Below, piece by piece: positions 21,601 through 33,802 of a DNA stretch of 64,000 bases. The notes under the pieces are model-generated. The model was not told the origin of the DNA. It ran no database searches and was given only the letters and a program-made list of their open reading frames with translations. The translations under genes were made by a program, and so were the position numbers. This DNA is from Nemertoderma westbladi. Taxonomy: Eukaryota > Animalia > Xenacoelomorpha. Every line of letters begins with the position of its first letter. The stretch's first letter is position 1. The stretch covers positions 1 through 64,000 of the forward strand of contig JAUCBJ010007253.1 of the NCBI GenBank assembly GCA_032718475.1, in the 5' to 3' direction.

Positions 21601-24560
21601 CCGATCTATCTATGTGTCCGATCTATCTATGTGTCCGATCTATCTATGTGTCCGATCTATCTATGTGTCCGATCTATCTATGTGTCCGATCTATCTATGT
21701 GTCCGATCTATCTATGTGTCCGATCTATCTATGTGTCCGATCTATCTATGTGTCCGATCTATCTATGTGTCCGATCTATCTATGTGTCCGATCTATCTAT
21801 GTGTCCGATCTATCTATGTGTCCGATCTATCTATGTGTCCGATCTATCTATGTGTCCGATCTATCTATGTGTCCGATCTATCTATGTGTCCGATCTATCT
21901 ATGTGTCCGATCTATCTATGTGTCCGATCTATCTATGTGTCCGATCTATCTATGTGTCCGATCTATCTATGTGTCCGATCTATCTATGTGTCCGATCTAT
22001 CTATGTGTCCGATCTATCTATGTGTCCGATCTATCTATGTGTCCGATCTATCTATGTGTCCGATCTATCTATGTGTCCGATCTATCTATGTGTCCGATCT
22101 ATCTATGTGTCCGATCTATCTATGTGTCCGATCTATCTATGTGTCCGATCTATCTATGTGTCCGATATGTCTATGTGTCCGATCTATCTATGTGTCCGAT
22201 CTATCTATGTGTCCGATCTATCTATGTGTCCGATCTATCTATGTGTCCGATCTATCTATGTGTCCGATCTATCTATGTGTCCGATCTATCTATGTGTCCG
22301 ATCTATCTATGTGTCCGATCTATCTATGTGTCCGATCTATCTATGTGTCCGATCTATCTATGTGTCCGATCTATCTATGTGTCCGATCTATCTATGTGTC
22401 CGATCTATCTATGTGTCCGATCTATCTATGTGTCCGATCTATCTATGTGTCCGATCTATCTATGTGTCCGATCTATCTATGTGTCCGATATATCTATGTG
22501 TCCGATCTATCTATGTGTCCGATATGTCTATGTGTCCGATCTATCTATGTGTCCGATCTATCTATGTGTCCGATCTATCTATGTGTCCGATCTATCTATG
22601 TGTCCGATATGTCTATGTGTCCGATCTATCTATGTGTCCGATCTATCTATGTGTCCGATCTATCTATGTGTCCGATCTGTCTATGTGTCCGATCTATCTA
22701 TGTGTCCGATCTGTCTATGTGTCCGATCTATCTATGTGTCCGATCTATCTATGTGTCCGATCTATCTATGTGTCCGATCTATCTATGTGTCCGATATATC
22801 TATGTGTCCGATCTATCTATGTGTCCGATCTATCTATGTGTCCGATCTATCTATGTGTCCGATCTATCTATGTGTCCGATCTATCTATGTGTCCGATCTA
22901 TCTATGTGTCCGATATATCTATGTGTCCGATCTTTCTATGTGTCCGATCTATCTATGTGTCCGATCTATCTATGTGTCCGATCTATCTATGTGTCCGATC
23001 TATCTATGTGTCCGATCTATCTATGTGTCCGATCTATCTATGTGTCCGATCTATCTATGTGTCCGATCTATCTATGTGTCCGATCTTTCTATGTGTCCGA
23101 TCTATCTATGTGTCCGATCTATCTATGTGTCCGATCTATCTATGTGTCCGATATGTCTATGTGTCCGATCTATCTCTGTGTCCGATCTATCTATGTCCGA
23201 TCTATCTATGTGTCCGATATGTCTATGTGTCCGATCTATCTATGTGTCCGATATGTCTATGTGTCCGATCTATCTATGTGTCCGATCTATCTATGTGTCC
23301 GATCTATCTATGTGTCCGATGTGTCTATGTGTCCGATCTATCTATGTGTCCGATCTATCTATGTGTCCGATCTATCTATGGGTCCGATCTATCTATGTGT
23401 CCGATCTATCTATGTGTCCGATCTATCTATGTGTCCGATCTATCTATGTGTCCGATCTATCTATGTGTCCGATCTATCTATGTGTCCGATATATCTATGT
23501 GTCCGATCTATCTATGTGTCCGATCTATCTATGTGTCCGATATATCTATGTGTCTGATCTATCTATGTGTCCGATATATCTATGTGTCCGATCTATCTAT
23601 GTGTCCGATCTATCTATGTGTCCGATCTATCTATGTGTCCGATCTATCTATGTGTCAGATCTATCTATGTGTCCGATCTATCTATGTGTCCGATCTATCT
23701 ATGTGTCCGATCTATATATGTGTCCGATATGTCTATGTGTCCGATCTATCTATGTGTCCGATCTATCTATGTATCCGATGTGTCTATGTGTCCGATCTAT
23801 CTATGTGTCCGATGTGTCTATGTGTCCGATCTATCTATGTGTCCGATCTATCTATGTGTCCGATCTATCTATGTGTCCGATCTATCTATGTGTCCGATAT
23901 ATCTATGTGTCCGATCTATCTATGTGTCCGATCTATCTATGTGTCCGATCTTTCTATGTGTCCGATCTATCTATGTGTCCGATCTATCTATGTGTCCGAT
24001 CTATCTATGTGTCCGATCTATCTATGTGTCCGATCTTTCTATGTGTTCGATCTATCTATGTGTCCGATCTATCTATGTGTCCGATCTATCTATGTGTCCG
24101 ATATGTCTATGTGTCCGATCTATCTATGTGTCCGATCTATCTATGTGTCCGATCTATCTATGTGTCCGATCTATCTATGTGTCCGATATGTCTATGTGTC
24201 CGATCTATCTATGTGTCCGATATGTCTATGTGTCCGATCTATCTATGTGTCCGATCTATCTATGTGTCCGATCTATCTATGTGTCCGATCTATCTATGTG
24301 TCCGATCTATATATGTGTCCGATATGTCTATGTGTCCGATCTATCTATGTGTCCGATCTATCGATGTGTCTATGTGTCCGATCTATCTATGTGTCCGATC
24401 TATCTATGTGTCCGATCTATATATGTGTCCGATCTATCTATGTGTCCGATCTATCTATGTGTCCGATCTATCTATGTGTCCGATCTATCTATGTGTCCGA
24501 TCTATCTATGTGTCCGATCTATCTATGTGTCCGATATGTCTTGTCTATGTCCGTCCAATC
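15697..24560. repeat. 17-bp satellite (CTATGTGTCCGATCTAT)n, about 520 copies, in intron 3
   Basis: Seen directly; near-perfect to ~22160, increasingly variant towards 24560. Confidence 0.99.
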
Positions 24561-24659
24561 TATGTACGATTGTCAATATCATCCTTATTGCGCCGATAAA
24601 GTTAAACTACTAATTAATTACATTTTATTGTAATTAATCCTATTATTATTATTATGTAG

Positions 24660-24782
24660 GATCCTATGACTGTAACGGATACGATAAGACTTCCACAGGA
24701 TGGGACCCTAAACCTCAGACAACCAAACACTCTCGGGCTGTTCAGGATTTTATGTTCCACCCAGGTTTCCCTTATAGCACCA
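24660..24782 (+). CDS. PPM1G: PPM1G-like putative exon 4 (symmetric phase 1-1, possibly alternative)
   Basis: TGTAG acceptor, open 123-nt frame (SYDCNGYDKTSTGWDPKP...), donor GTAAGT; lies in the variable insert, so there is no homology support. Confidence 0.55.
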
Positions 24783-25166
24783 GTAAGTTACAGATATATG
24801 TTTTTTAATTAATATGAGGTTGTGCTATTGTTCTAGAGGCTTGGCTTAAAGAATAAACTACCATAGGGGCTACTGATGATAATAATGTAATTAAATGAAA
24901 AATGTAATCTGTGGGGTGGGTGGAATCTGTTTGTACAGGGGTGAATTCGTATTAGCGCGAATATGGGGAACCAAATTAATTTGAGGGAATACATTGATGA
25001 ACGCGTGCGACCATGGGTAGCGCTTCTCTCTACCGCAGCATACAGATCTGGCATGGTGGTTAAATCCGTTGCCTTGCATTCACTGGGTTCCAAGTCCTGG
25101 GTTCGATCCCTTTTAATTCGCTTTTACGGAGTCTTGATGCTTCTATTACCCCAATTAATGTTTTAG

Positions 25167-25510
25167 ACGATACAGATTATCAATGTCGGTTAAAAACTGA
25201 CATTGTGGAGGAAGTTGCCACTGTGGAGGCTGAGAAGGTAGAAGTTGGGAAGGTGAAAGTGGAGGGAAAAAATACGGAAACAGAAAGTCTGAAAGATGTA
25301 AAGGACGAAACCAAAGAAGCTGATGACAAGGATAATGCAGATATTAAAGACGTAGATAAAGATGTGAGCATGGATGATGATGACGAATCGGAAGAAGATA
25401 TGGAATCAGATTCGGATGAATCATCTTCGGTGGAGGTGGAACAGTCCAGCTCCGAGGATGAGGAATCATCTGACGATGATGTCGTTGATAAATCAGTTCT
25501 TAATGAAGAT
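25167..25510 (+). CDS. PPM1G: PPM1G-like exon 5, acidic insert
   Basis: TTTTAG acceptor; D/E/S-rich tract characteristic of PP2C-gamma; donor GTGAGT. Confidence 0.85.
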
Positions 25511-26136
25511 GTGAGTTAATTACCGGTACTTATTTCACGGGTATTTACTATCTATAGTTCCGACTTTATTTCTCCAATAACTCCAATTACAAAATCCTTG
25601 TACCCTCGCTATTCTGGTTAGCGATTACCATTAAGATTTGAATATTTTTATCGCTTCTCTACATTCCAGACCAAATAACACCTAATTATTCCTCCACTCG
25701 AATCGAATATCTATAGATCCTTAAAGTTCCCCGTTACAACTCAAATATTACGAGGGTCTCTGCTTTACGTTTACCACACTGATTTACTTAAACAGTCAAT
25801 TAACTCGAATTCCTAACTGCAACTATGGCTACAAAGTTTTTTGGTGAATTAATAACTATTTATTTTACAAAAAGTAAGTTTTTTGTCGGAATATATAATC
25901 CGCATTATCGAGGAATAGTTAAATTATGTTTTAAAGCATGAAAAAATGCTTTTAATATTTCGAGCAAAAGTCTGGACTTTATTGACCGCACTTTTGCGGA
26001 CAATAAAGGGATATTTTAAAGAAACATCAAGTATTTTTAGTTTCTTTAGTATTTTTAATTCTTTTCGTAACTAAGATTAGATTTAATTAATAAGGAACTG
26101 TTATTTAGTTGCGTTATTTTTATTATTATTACTTAG

Positions 26137-26371
26137 CCGGGTATAGAGTCCGGTACGACAGCTGTTGTCGCACTCCTCCGAGGTGAGCGACTCTACGTAG
26201 CCAACGCCGGAGATTCCCGAGCCGTTCTGTGTCGGGACGGAGTCGCTGAGGACCTTTCGGAAGACCACAAACCCGAGGACGAAGCCGAGAAGAATCGGAT
26301 AGAGAAAGCCGGAGGGAAGATTACCAAAGATGGGAGGGTTAATGGGGGACTCAATCTGTCCAGAGCAATAG
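26137..26371 (+). CDS. PPM1G: PPM1G-like exon 6
   Basis: [14 protein letters not shown]...[11 protein letters not shown]...DHKPEDE...[14 protein letters not shown]. Confidence 0.95.
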
Positions 26372-26467
26372 GTTGGTTAGGTTCGGTCATTAAACTCTTC
26401 CAATTAAATGTCTGGAATTCAAATAATTTGTGTGAAATTAATATATTTTTGTTTATTTAGGATGACG

Positions 26468-26672
26468 GCACCGGGGGTTGAACCAGCGCTATACGATACC
26501 GTTCCAGGCCATTGGTCTTCGAAAGCAGCGCGCTTTGGATAGGGAATAACGAAACTTAGCCTGCAGATTCGAGAGTAGCGAGTTTCGAGAGTGGATAGTG
26601 ACTGAACGGGTTAACGCTCTGCTAACCATGGACTGAAACAGTACCATACAGCGCTGGTTCAACCCCTAATGA
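26468..26672. mobile_element. two inverted, decayed copies of the hammerhead-bearing Penelope-like end
   Basis: GGGGTTGAACCAGCGCT (~26474) and its reverse complement AGCGCTGGTTCAACCCC (~26650) match the segment next to the ribozyme at 15101-15118; the cores are mutated. Confidence 0.6.
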
Positions 26673-26727
26673 CGAACTTCCACAATTTATTTCACGAATT
26701 AATCATAATCCTATTTTCCATTGTAAT

Positions 26728-26877
26728 CCAGTAAGCAACCGAGGGTGGACTCTCTATAGCCGAGGGGCACTTGTATAATAACTAATAATCACAAACCCCG
26801 TCCTCTTGTAATATACACCTAACTCTGCAGTAGTCAGTAGTAGTAGTAATAGTAGTTAGTAGTAGTAGAATAAGAGT

Positions 26878-26910
<33 letters not shown>

Positions 26911-29390
26911 TGAGAGGAAGTAGAGTAGAATAAGATACAGATTCATAATTATTTTATCAAACTCATGTACTACTTACTTCCATGTGCCAATTGTAATAAT
27001 AATTAAACATATTATTCCGATTAATCTGCGTTTGGCCCTATAAGATATTATACTGAAGTGTTTTATATCAATATATCCATGCGAGTAAACAAGAAGTAAA
27101 GTAAATGTTTATTATTATAGTTTTAGAGATTGAATGATATACCCAAGATAGTGAAATAGATAATATACCAGAAATTGCCATTTGATCAGATATATCAAAG
27201 CGGCGTCTTTAGTATAATACCGTAATAGTATCAATTAACTCTGTTATACAATGTAAATATACTAAATCTATTTATAAATATATTATGAGCCCTACATTGT
27301 ATATTTCTCCTACAGGTAGACAATGTAGTATGTTAAAACTTGATATAATTTGGTATAATGTATAACATATTAAAAATAACACTGAGGCAGCTAAACTATA
27401 TTGCAAAGAAATCAAATATCCTAAAGTAATATACTAGACCCTCCCTCCACCCTATAAATAGTGTTCACCACCTACCCCACCCACCGCCCTTATTACTTCA
27501 TTATAATGAACGAAAGTACTGGCGCTCCGGTCACTCCGTTCCCTCCGCTGGGGTGGTTAAGTAGTAGGTTTTGACACTATGCAAAATCCGAGCACAGAGT
27601 TAGAAGCGCATTGGATAGGCGAACATTTCTTGCAATGAAAGTATTTCCATATCTGTTATAGTTTTCGAGATAGTCAGACATGAGTAGCTAAAATTTGAAT
27701 TTTTTTCGGTAAAGTCTGATTTCACCGGTACCTGTCATCTGAAATATAGATTATGAAATATCGTTAGATGCGGGTTTACAAATTGTACATTCACATATTT
27801 TCAAGGAAAAAATTCGATCAAGGGTTTTCGAAATATTTTCGAATTACCGGAAGCAGACTTTGGACGACCATATCTCCGGTACCGGTAGGCCTATTGAGTC
27901 GAAATTTTTTTTTAATCTACTTAGAACACTCCAGTGAATGTTTTTTAGTTTGAAAGTTTTTTCATACAGTGAACTCACAGGACTTGGTCAACGAAATAAA
28001 ACCGAAAACACGATCTTTTCTGATCACGGCCTGATCAAATCGCTTTTTGAAAATTTCGAAATGCACAAAAGTTGCCCCTTCACCATAGAAGTCGATTCGT
28101 AAAAAAAAATCGGGGGTCTCAAACAAAGTTTTCGAGAAAATCGGGAAAAACCGAAAAACACGATCTTTTATGATCAGGAAGCTGATCTCGAGAACCGGTT
28201 GTCCGATCGAGCCAATTATTTTTTAATCAACTCAGAATAGACCATTGAACATTTCTTACAATGAATGTTTATTAGAAAATTGCTTAGATTCGATTTTAAA
28301 TATACTGATCTTTTCGCGATCATGATCTTGAGTTTTCACCCACTAGACTTGAACTTTTTTATGCCCAAATTTTGGCTACCCCCCATAATTCAAGGGTGAG
28401 GAATCTTTTTGTGATGTTAAGTTTTTCCATACGGTGAACTCCCAGGACTTGGTCTTCGAAATAAAACCAAAAACACGATCTTTTCTGATCGCGGCCTGAT
28501 CAAATCGCTTTTTGAAAATTTCGAAATGCTCAAAAGTTGCCCCTTCATCATAGAAGTCGATTCGTAAAAAAAAAATCGGGGGTCTCAAACAAAGTTTTCG
28601 AGAAAATTGAAAAAAACCGAAAAATATGATCTTTAATGATCAGGTATCAGATCTCGAGAACCGGTGGTCCGATCGAGCCAATTTTTTTTTAATCGACTCA
28701 GGGCCGTGTTCTGAACGTTTCCTACAGTAATTGTTTATATCCAAAATGCTTAGTTACGATTTTACGAAGTCCGATCTTGACGCAATCATGATCTTGCGTT
28801 TTGATCAGGAAGAATTCATTTTTTTAAAAATCTTTTAACGGGAATCATGACTAATGTGGGGTCGCTGATTCTTTTTGTAATGTTAAGTTTTGCGATTGGA
28901 GCAAGCCTTGAGTGTCCGATTGCTGATCAAAACTGATCGCGGTCAAGATCATGATCGGGCACCTTTAAAAAAAGTTCCCTGAATGTAAACCCATATGCTG
29001 CCTATCGATTGGCGCCGGTCCCAAGTCCGTAGCATTAGCGGTTCTGGACTTATCTCCATAGCAACGTGGTTGCTAGGGAAGCGGACTTTTTGACTCAAAT
29101 TGGCCCTAGCCGGAGAACCGTAGACTTTTTTAACACATTATGTATGGCGAAAAGTCTTCTGGATAAATTTTGGGGGGGGAGTCTAGGAACATCCTATTGT
29201 TCGTTTTCGCTTAGTTGCTGAGATCCTCTCGTCCCCCAAATCCCAGGATTCTATAAAGGCATTCTGCTGGACTAGTTCCGTGGCCGGAATAGTGTTCGGT
29301 GTTCTGCGAACAGAGAACCTAATCGGTTTAGGGCCCTGACCGTCCAGTTATTTCACGGAATATGCACTACTCCTTCGCCCTGACCTCAAC
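26728..29390. mobile_element. unclassified non-autonomous element; first ~1 kb has an inverted copy at 59403-60431; internal ~465-bp tandem duplication
   Basis: 26728-27729 matches the reverse complement of 59403-60431 closely. CATAC.GTGAACTC.CAGGACTTGGTC recurs at ~27963 and ~28428. Right boundary approximate. Confidence 0.75.
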
Positions 29391-29495
29391 TCTTATCATT
29401 ATCTAATTTTATTAAAATTTATTTTTATACTTTCAACACCATATTATTGTGGTTAATGATTGATTTAATAACTTTCACTAAAATATTATTTGTAG

Positions 29496-29625
29496 GCGAT
29501 CATTTCTATAAGCGCAACACTAAATTGTCTCTGAAAGAGCAGATGATATCCGCGTTACCCGATGTTAAGGAAGTCACCGTCGACTCTAAGGCTGAGTTCT
29601 TGGTTATCGCGTGCGACGGGATCTG
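29496..29625 (+). CDS. PPM1G: PPM1G-like exon 7
   Basis: GDHFYKRN...[10 protein letters not shown]...[10 protein letters not shown]. Confidence 0.95.
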
Positions 29626-29746
29626 GTGAGTTCAACAGTTACCACGTCATCCGTTCCTTGAGCCGCGATATTTCCGTGGTACTTTGATATGTTATTTTTC
29701 TGTGTTGTTATATTATTAATCTACTTTGTTATTTTAATTCTATTAG

Positions 29747-29849
29747 GAATGTCATGACGTCACAGGATGTCGTTGACTTCGTTAAGAGTAGCTTGTGGAC
29801 CAAAGATTCCGATGGCAACACAAAGTCTCTGTCGAGTATTTGCGGGGAG
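29747..29849 (+). CDS. PPM1G: PPM1G-like exon 8
   Basis: (W)NVMTSQDVVDFV...LSSICGE, with AG/GTGAGT boundaries in phase. Confidence 0.93.
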
Positions 29850-30091
29850 GTGAGTTATTATGTGTTTAAGAGTTTAAGAGTTTCTTGAACACTTAAATAA
29901 CTCGTGGCTCAATGAAAACTACCAAAACAATCCGAATTTTATCACCTTAAATCAATTCATGTCAACAATTCGCTGTGATGAATATTGATAATTAGATAAA
30001 ATAAATATTAATAATTCACAACGATGTTTTTGGATTGATGTATTTAAAATGGCAGGGAAAACATGTCAAACAGAACAATGGGAGGCATCAT

Positions 30092-30470
30092 AAGCAGCAG
30101 TAAGTGTAAGAGCAGCAGTAAGTGTAAGAGCAGCAGTAAGTGTAAGAGCAGCAGTAAGTGTAAGAGCAGCAGTAAGTGTAAGAGCAGCAGTAAGTGTAAG
30201 AGCAGCAGTAAGTGTAAGAGCAGCAGTAAGTGTAAGAGCAGCAGTAAGTGTAAGAGCAGCAGTAAGTGTAAGAGCAGCAGTAAGTGTAAGAGCAGCAGTA
30301 AGTGTAAGAGCAGCAGTAAGTGTAAGAGCAGCAGTAAGTGTAAGAGCAGCAGTAAGTGTAAGAGCAGCAGTAAGTGTAAGAGCAGCAGTAAGTGTAAAAG
30401 CAGCAGTAAGTGTAAGAGCAGCAGTAAGTGTAAGAGCAGCAGTAAGTGTAAGAGCAGCAGTAAGTGAGTA
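30092..30470. repeat. 18-bp minisatellite (AAGAGCAGCAGTAAGTGT)n
   Basis: About 21 near-perfect copies in intron 8. Confidence 0.97.
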
Positions 30471-30720
30471 AGTGGTAATAAGTGGTAATCTTTGTTCATG
30501 TTTTATTTTGTTGTGTTTTTAACGTCACTAATCACCTTTACATAACGATAACACTTATTTATTTGAATCAATAACACCAATTATTGAAACTTTATTATGT
30601 GTATATTTTTTTTATAGCTTTCTCACACTTTGTCGATTATAGTGGGCTTTTATTGATGTGTCAACACTAAATGTGTTGCTCTGCATTCAATAGCATTCAC
30701 GCAACTAACAATACAAAGTC

Positions 30721-30940
30721 GGGTCAGAGTAAAACGCGGATCCGGATCCGGATTCTACATTTAACATTGTCCCTACGGAAGTCGATTTTTTTTACATTTT
30801 TATAACTCCCAAAAATAAAACTATAACCTTTTCTATTGACTTTAGTTTATTGTTTTGGTTAAAATAACGTGCCACTGTAACCTGCTCCTTTCCTCTAATT
30901 GATAATTTTGGAATCCGGATCCGCGTTTTACTCCTACCCC
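30721..30940. mobile_element. MITE with ~27-bp TIRs
   Basis: GGGTCAGAGTAAAACGCGGATCCGGAT ... ATCCGGATCCGCGTTTTACTCCTACCC; the flanks ACAAAGTC / ACAAAGTA suggest an imperfect 8-9 bp TSD. Confidence 0.75.
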
Positions 30941-32451
30941 ACAAAGTAGTCTCACTATAAGTCGGATAATATCTACCATGTTACTGTACAGTACCAACTA
31001 CACATGGTGAATTGTAATTTATCATTGGATTGGACCTCCCGTAAGCTTCCTTCTGCCCAATCTACAGCCAGTCATGATGTTTGACAACCACGATTGTATT
31101 ATTGTTTACTTACTTTATCAAAAGGTTAAGACCGGTTCACAAATACACTTCGCAGTGGCAGCGCTGTCAAAGTTCGTTCGAAATGCAACGCCAATCCCGC
31201 CGTGGCCGCGAAGTGTATCTGAGAACCAACCAACACTGTTACACCCAGGCTGCCAGGGAGGGGGGCAATCTTCATGGAGCCCGTATAGGACACAGAAACA
31301 TTTTTTAAATAAAACTTTATTTTGTTAAATTATATATTATTATACACCGTAACTCATATTATAAGTGTCATTTTCAGATCACAGTGTATTAAAACCTTTT
31401 ATTAAAACTTATATAAAATAATTTAAAGGTTCAAGTGAAAATTCTGGCACACTGTACGTCGACGGAGTATTTGACTAGTCGGTGTTTCAAATGGGTTGGA
31501 GTCAAGTGTCATCGGAAAATAACAACTTATTATGGTTTATTGTGTCGTAATGTATTCTTAAAAATTTAAAGAGTTTCCCAACTTTATATTAGTCACAGTC
31601 CCAGGACGGACCACGGACCACGGTCCACGGACCCAATAATGGCTTAATCGGGCCCTGGTTACTACGTCAACGTTACTTCTACCCAAACTCAAGTTATTAC
31701 CCAAAACGTAAGAGCTAGTCTGATGTTTGAAAAGCCTTCGAGCAGCACTATATATTACAATTGTAAGGGGCCCTTTTCATAAAAAAGGCTCCCACGGTAC
31801 AGATATGAATATAATTGCTAGAAAGTTGTTTTACTAGTTATATGTTTAGCAAGCATGAAAAATTTAGTTGAATTTCATTCATTTTTGACAAATTGACGAA
31901 CATAGAAAATTGGTGTTATCTAAAATAGCGGTAAGGTTTGAATTGTTCCTTAAACTTTAAACACCCATATCTCAGAATGACGTTTTCTCATGAAAAAGGC
32001 TATTTCTCCGCCAGTTTTAACTGAAATGAGTTGAGATTTGGTTAAGATTACCCTTCTCAATACTTCTTAACAAATTTGGTTGGAAATGCCCTGGATCCTT
32101 TTTAGATCAAAAAGGTCAAAAAAAAAGCCCTTTTTTGGGGCCTTTTTGTTCTAAAAAGGCTTCAGAGCATTTGAGGTAAAATTTGTTCAGAAGAATTGGA
32201 CGCATGGTTGTTCTGAACCTATATTCCAAATTTGGACAAATTTCAACAAATATTGGTGGATAAATAATAGCCCTTGGCGCAAAAAGGCACATTTGGCCAT
32301 TACGGAGCCATTTTGGGGCCAATTTTAAAAATATTTGGTGTGGGGGGTATTCCTACACAGTCCAGACGATGTTTAGTAGCACAAAAAATAATTTTCAACC
32401 GATTTTATGGTCCAGAGACACAAAAATGTGAGAATCAATTTGGGGGTGTTA

Positions 32452-32482
<31 letters not shown>

Positions 32483-32764
32483 TGCCGCTCTCAATGAGAA
32501 ATCACATTAAATATATTAATTTTTATTTAAATAAAAAATAATTATTTTATTTAACTCTAAACGTTTATAACAGTTATATAATATGTTTAATGTTTATACA
32601 TTTATTTTCAATAGTTCTGAATTCTTCCAAGTTCTCTTTGTTTATGACTTTGTGTCATTTTAGAAATAATAATTATATAATATTTTATTGAATTCAACCA
32701 ATTGGATTTTATTGATTGTAATTTATATTAGTTATTACTAACTATGTTATGTGTTATTATCCAG

Positions 32765-32901
32765 ATGTTCAGTAAATGTTTGGCTTCCAACACTCACGGT
32801 GATGGAACCGGTTGCGATAACATGACATGTCAGATAATTCTCTTTAGAGATTATCCTACACCCAAAGTTGCGGGCGAGAATGGCTCTAATAAACGACCGA
32901 G
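32765..32901 (+). CDS. PPM1G: PPM1G-like exon 9
   Basis: MFSKCLASNTHGDGTGCDNMTCQIILF (PP2C DN motif); donor AG|GTATGT. Confidence 0.95.
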
Positions 32902-33802
32902 GTATGTCAGATCGGGTTATAGTGTTGTGTTGTATCGCTAAAGAGTTTCATATTTATTTACACCATCTCACTTAATGTAATTTTGTTATAATTAACTTTT
33001 TTGTAGCAAGTCAAGTAAAATTTACAAGTAATAAAAGTGATTTTCCCCAACCGACACCCCTTCTGGCAGTTAGACCGCCGAACCGACACAACTTTTGGCT
33101 AATAAAAGTCGGTCAATTTCTAATGCCATTATAAACATAAAGTTTCACTTTCTGGGAAACTTTGCCGTGAAATGTGGGGATAAATACTTTGTTCCTGTTA
33201 ATAATGGCAAAGTAATTTAATATCAAACAATTAATTAATATGAAACTATCATCTTCCCGTTAGACGCCGAGATTTCTGTCATCCGCGCGACCTCGGTCAG
33301 ACCTCTGAGTCGTAGGACAAAGTAGCAGCTAACTTCCTGCGTCCTATCGATCCCACCCCTGTTTGGACACCGATAGTAACCTGGGGTTTGCACTATTGCC
33401 AAGTTTTCTAATAGCGTGAAGCCGCACCAAGTATTTTACGACTTTATTCGACCAAAACCTTTTCAGAAAAGGGTCTGGTTTTCTGGAAAGGGTTGAGGAA
33501 GTCCGTAAATAACAAGTCATTGAAGGACCGTGTTCTATTGCTAGCTATTTTCAAGCCCGTCTTCTCGACCGAGAAACCAAAACAGTAAACGAAGTGTATT
33601 AGAACTTGGAACTATATTTTGATATACAAAAAGCCGTTTGAGCTTTATCGTGCTGAAGACACGAGTAATCCTTTACAAGCTCATTGCTACATTATTATAT
33701 TTAAATTATTAATTAGAATTAGAATTATATAACTTTAGTATTCTCATAAGTATCACACTATACAGTATCACACTCCACTTGTTCCATCTGAATTCCACTA
33801 CC

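Noticed and set aside
15699-24633. Three giant ORFs of 2600-2970 aa
   Set aside because: Artefact of a stop-free 17-bp satellite: all three + frames give the same 17-aa repeat, and the array lies in an intron.
30044-30499. Poly-(KSSSKC) and poly-(HLLLLL) ORFs
   Set aside because: Translations of an 18-bp intronic minisatellite.
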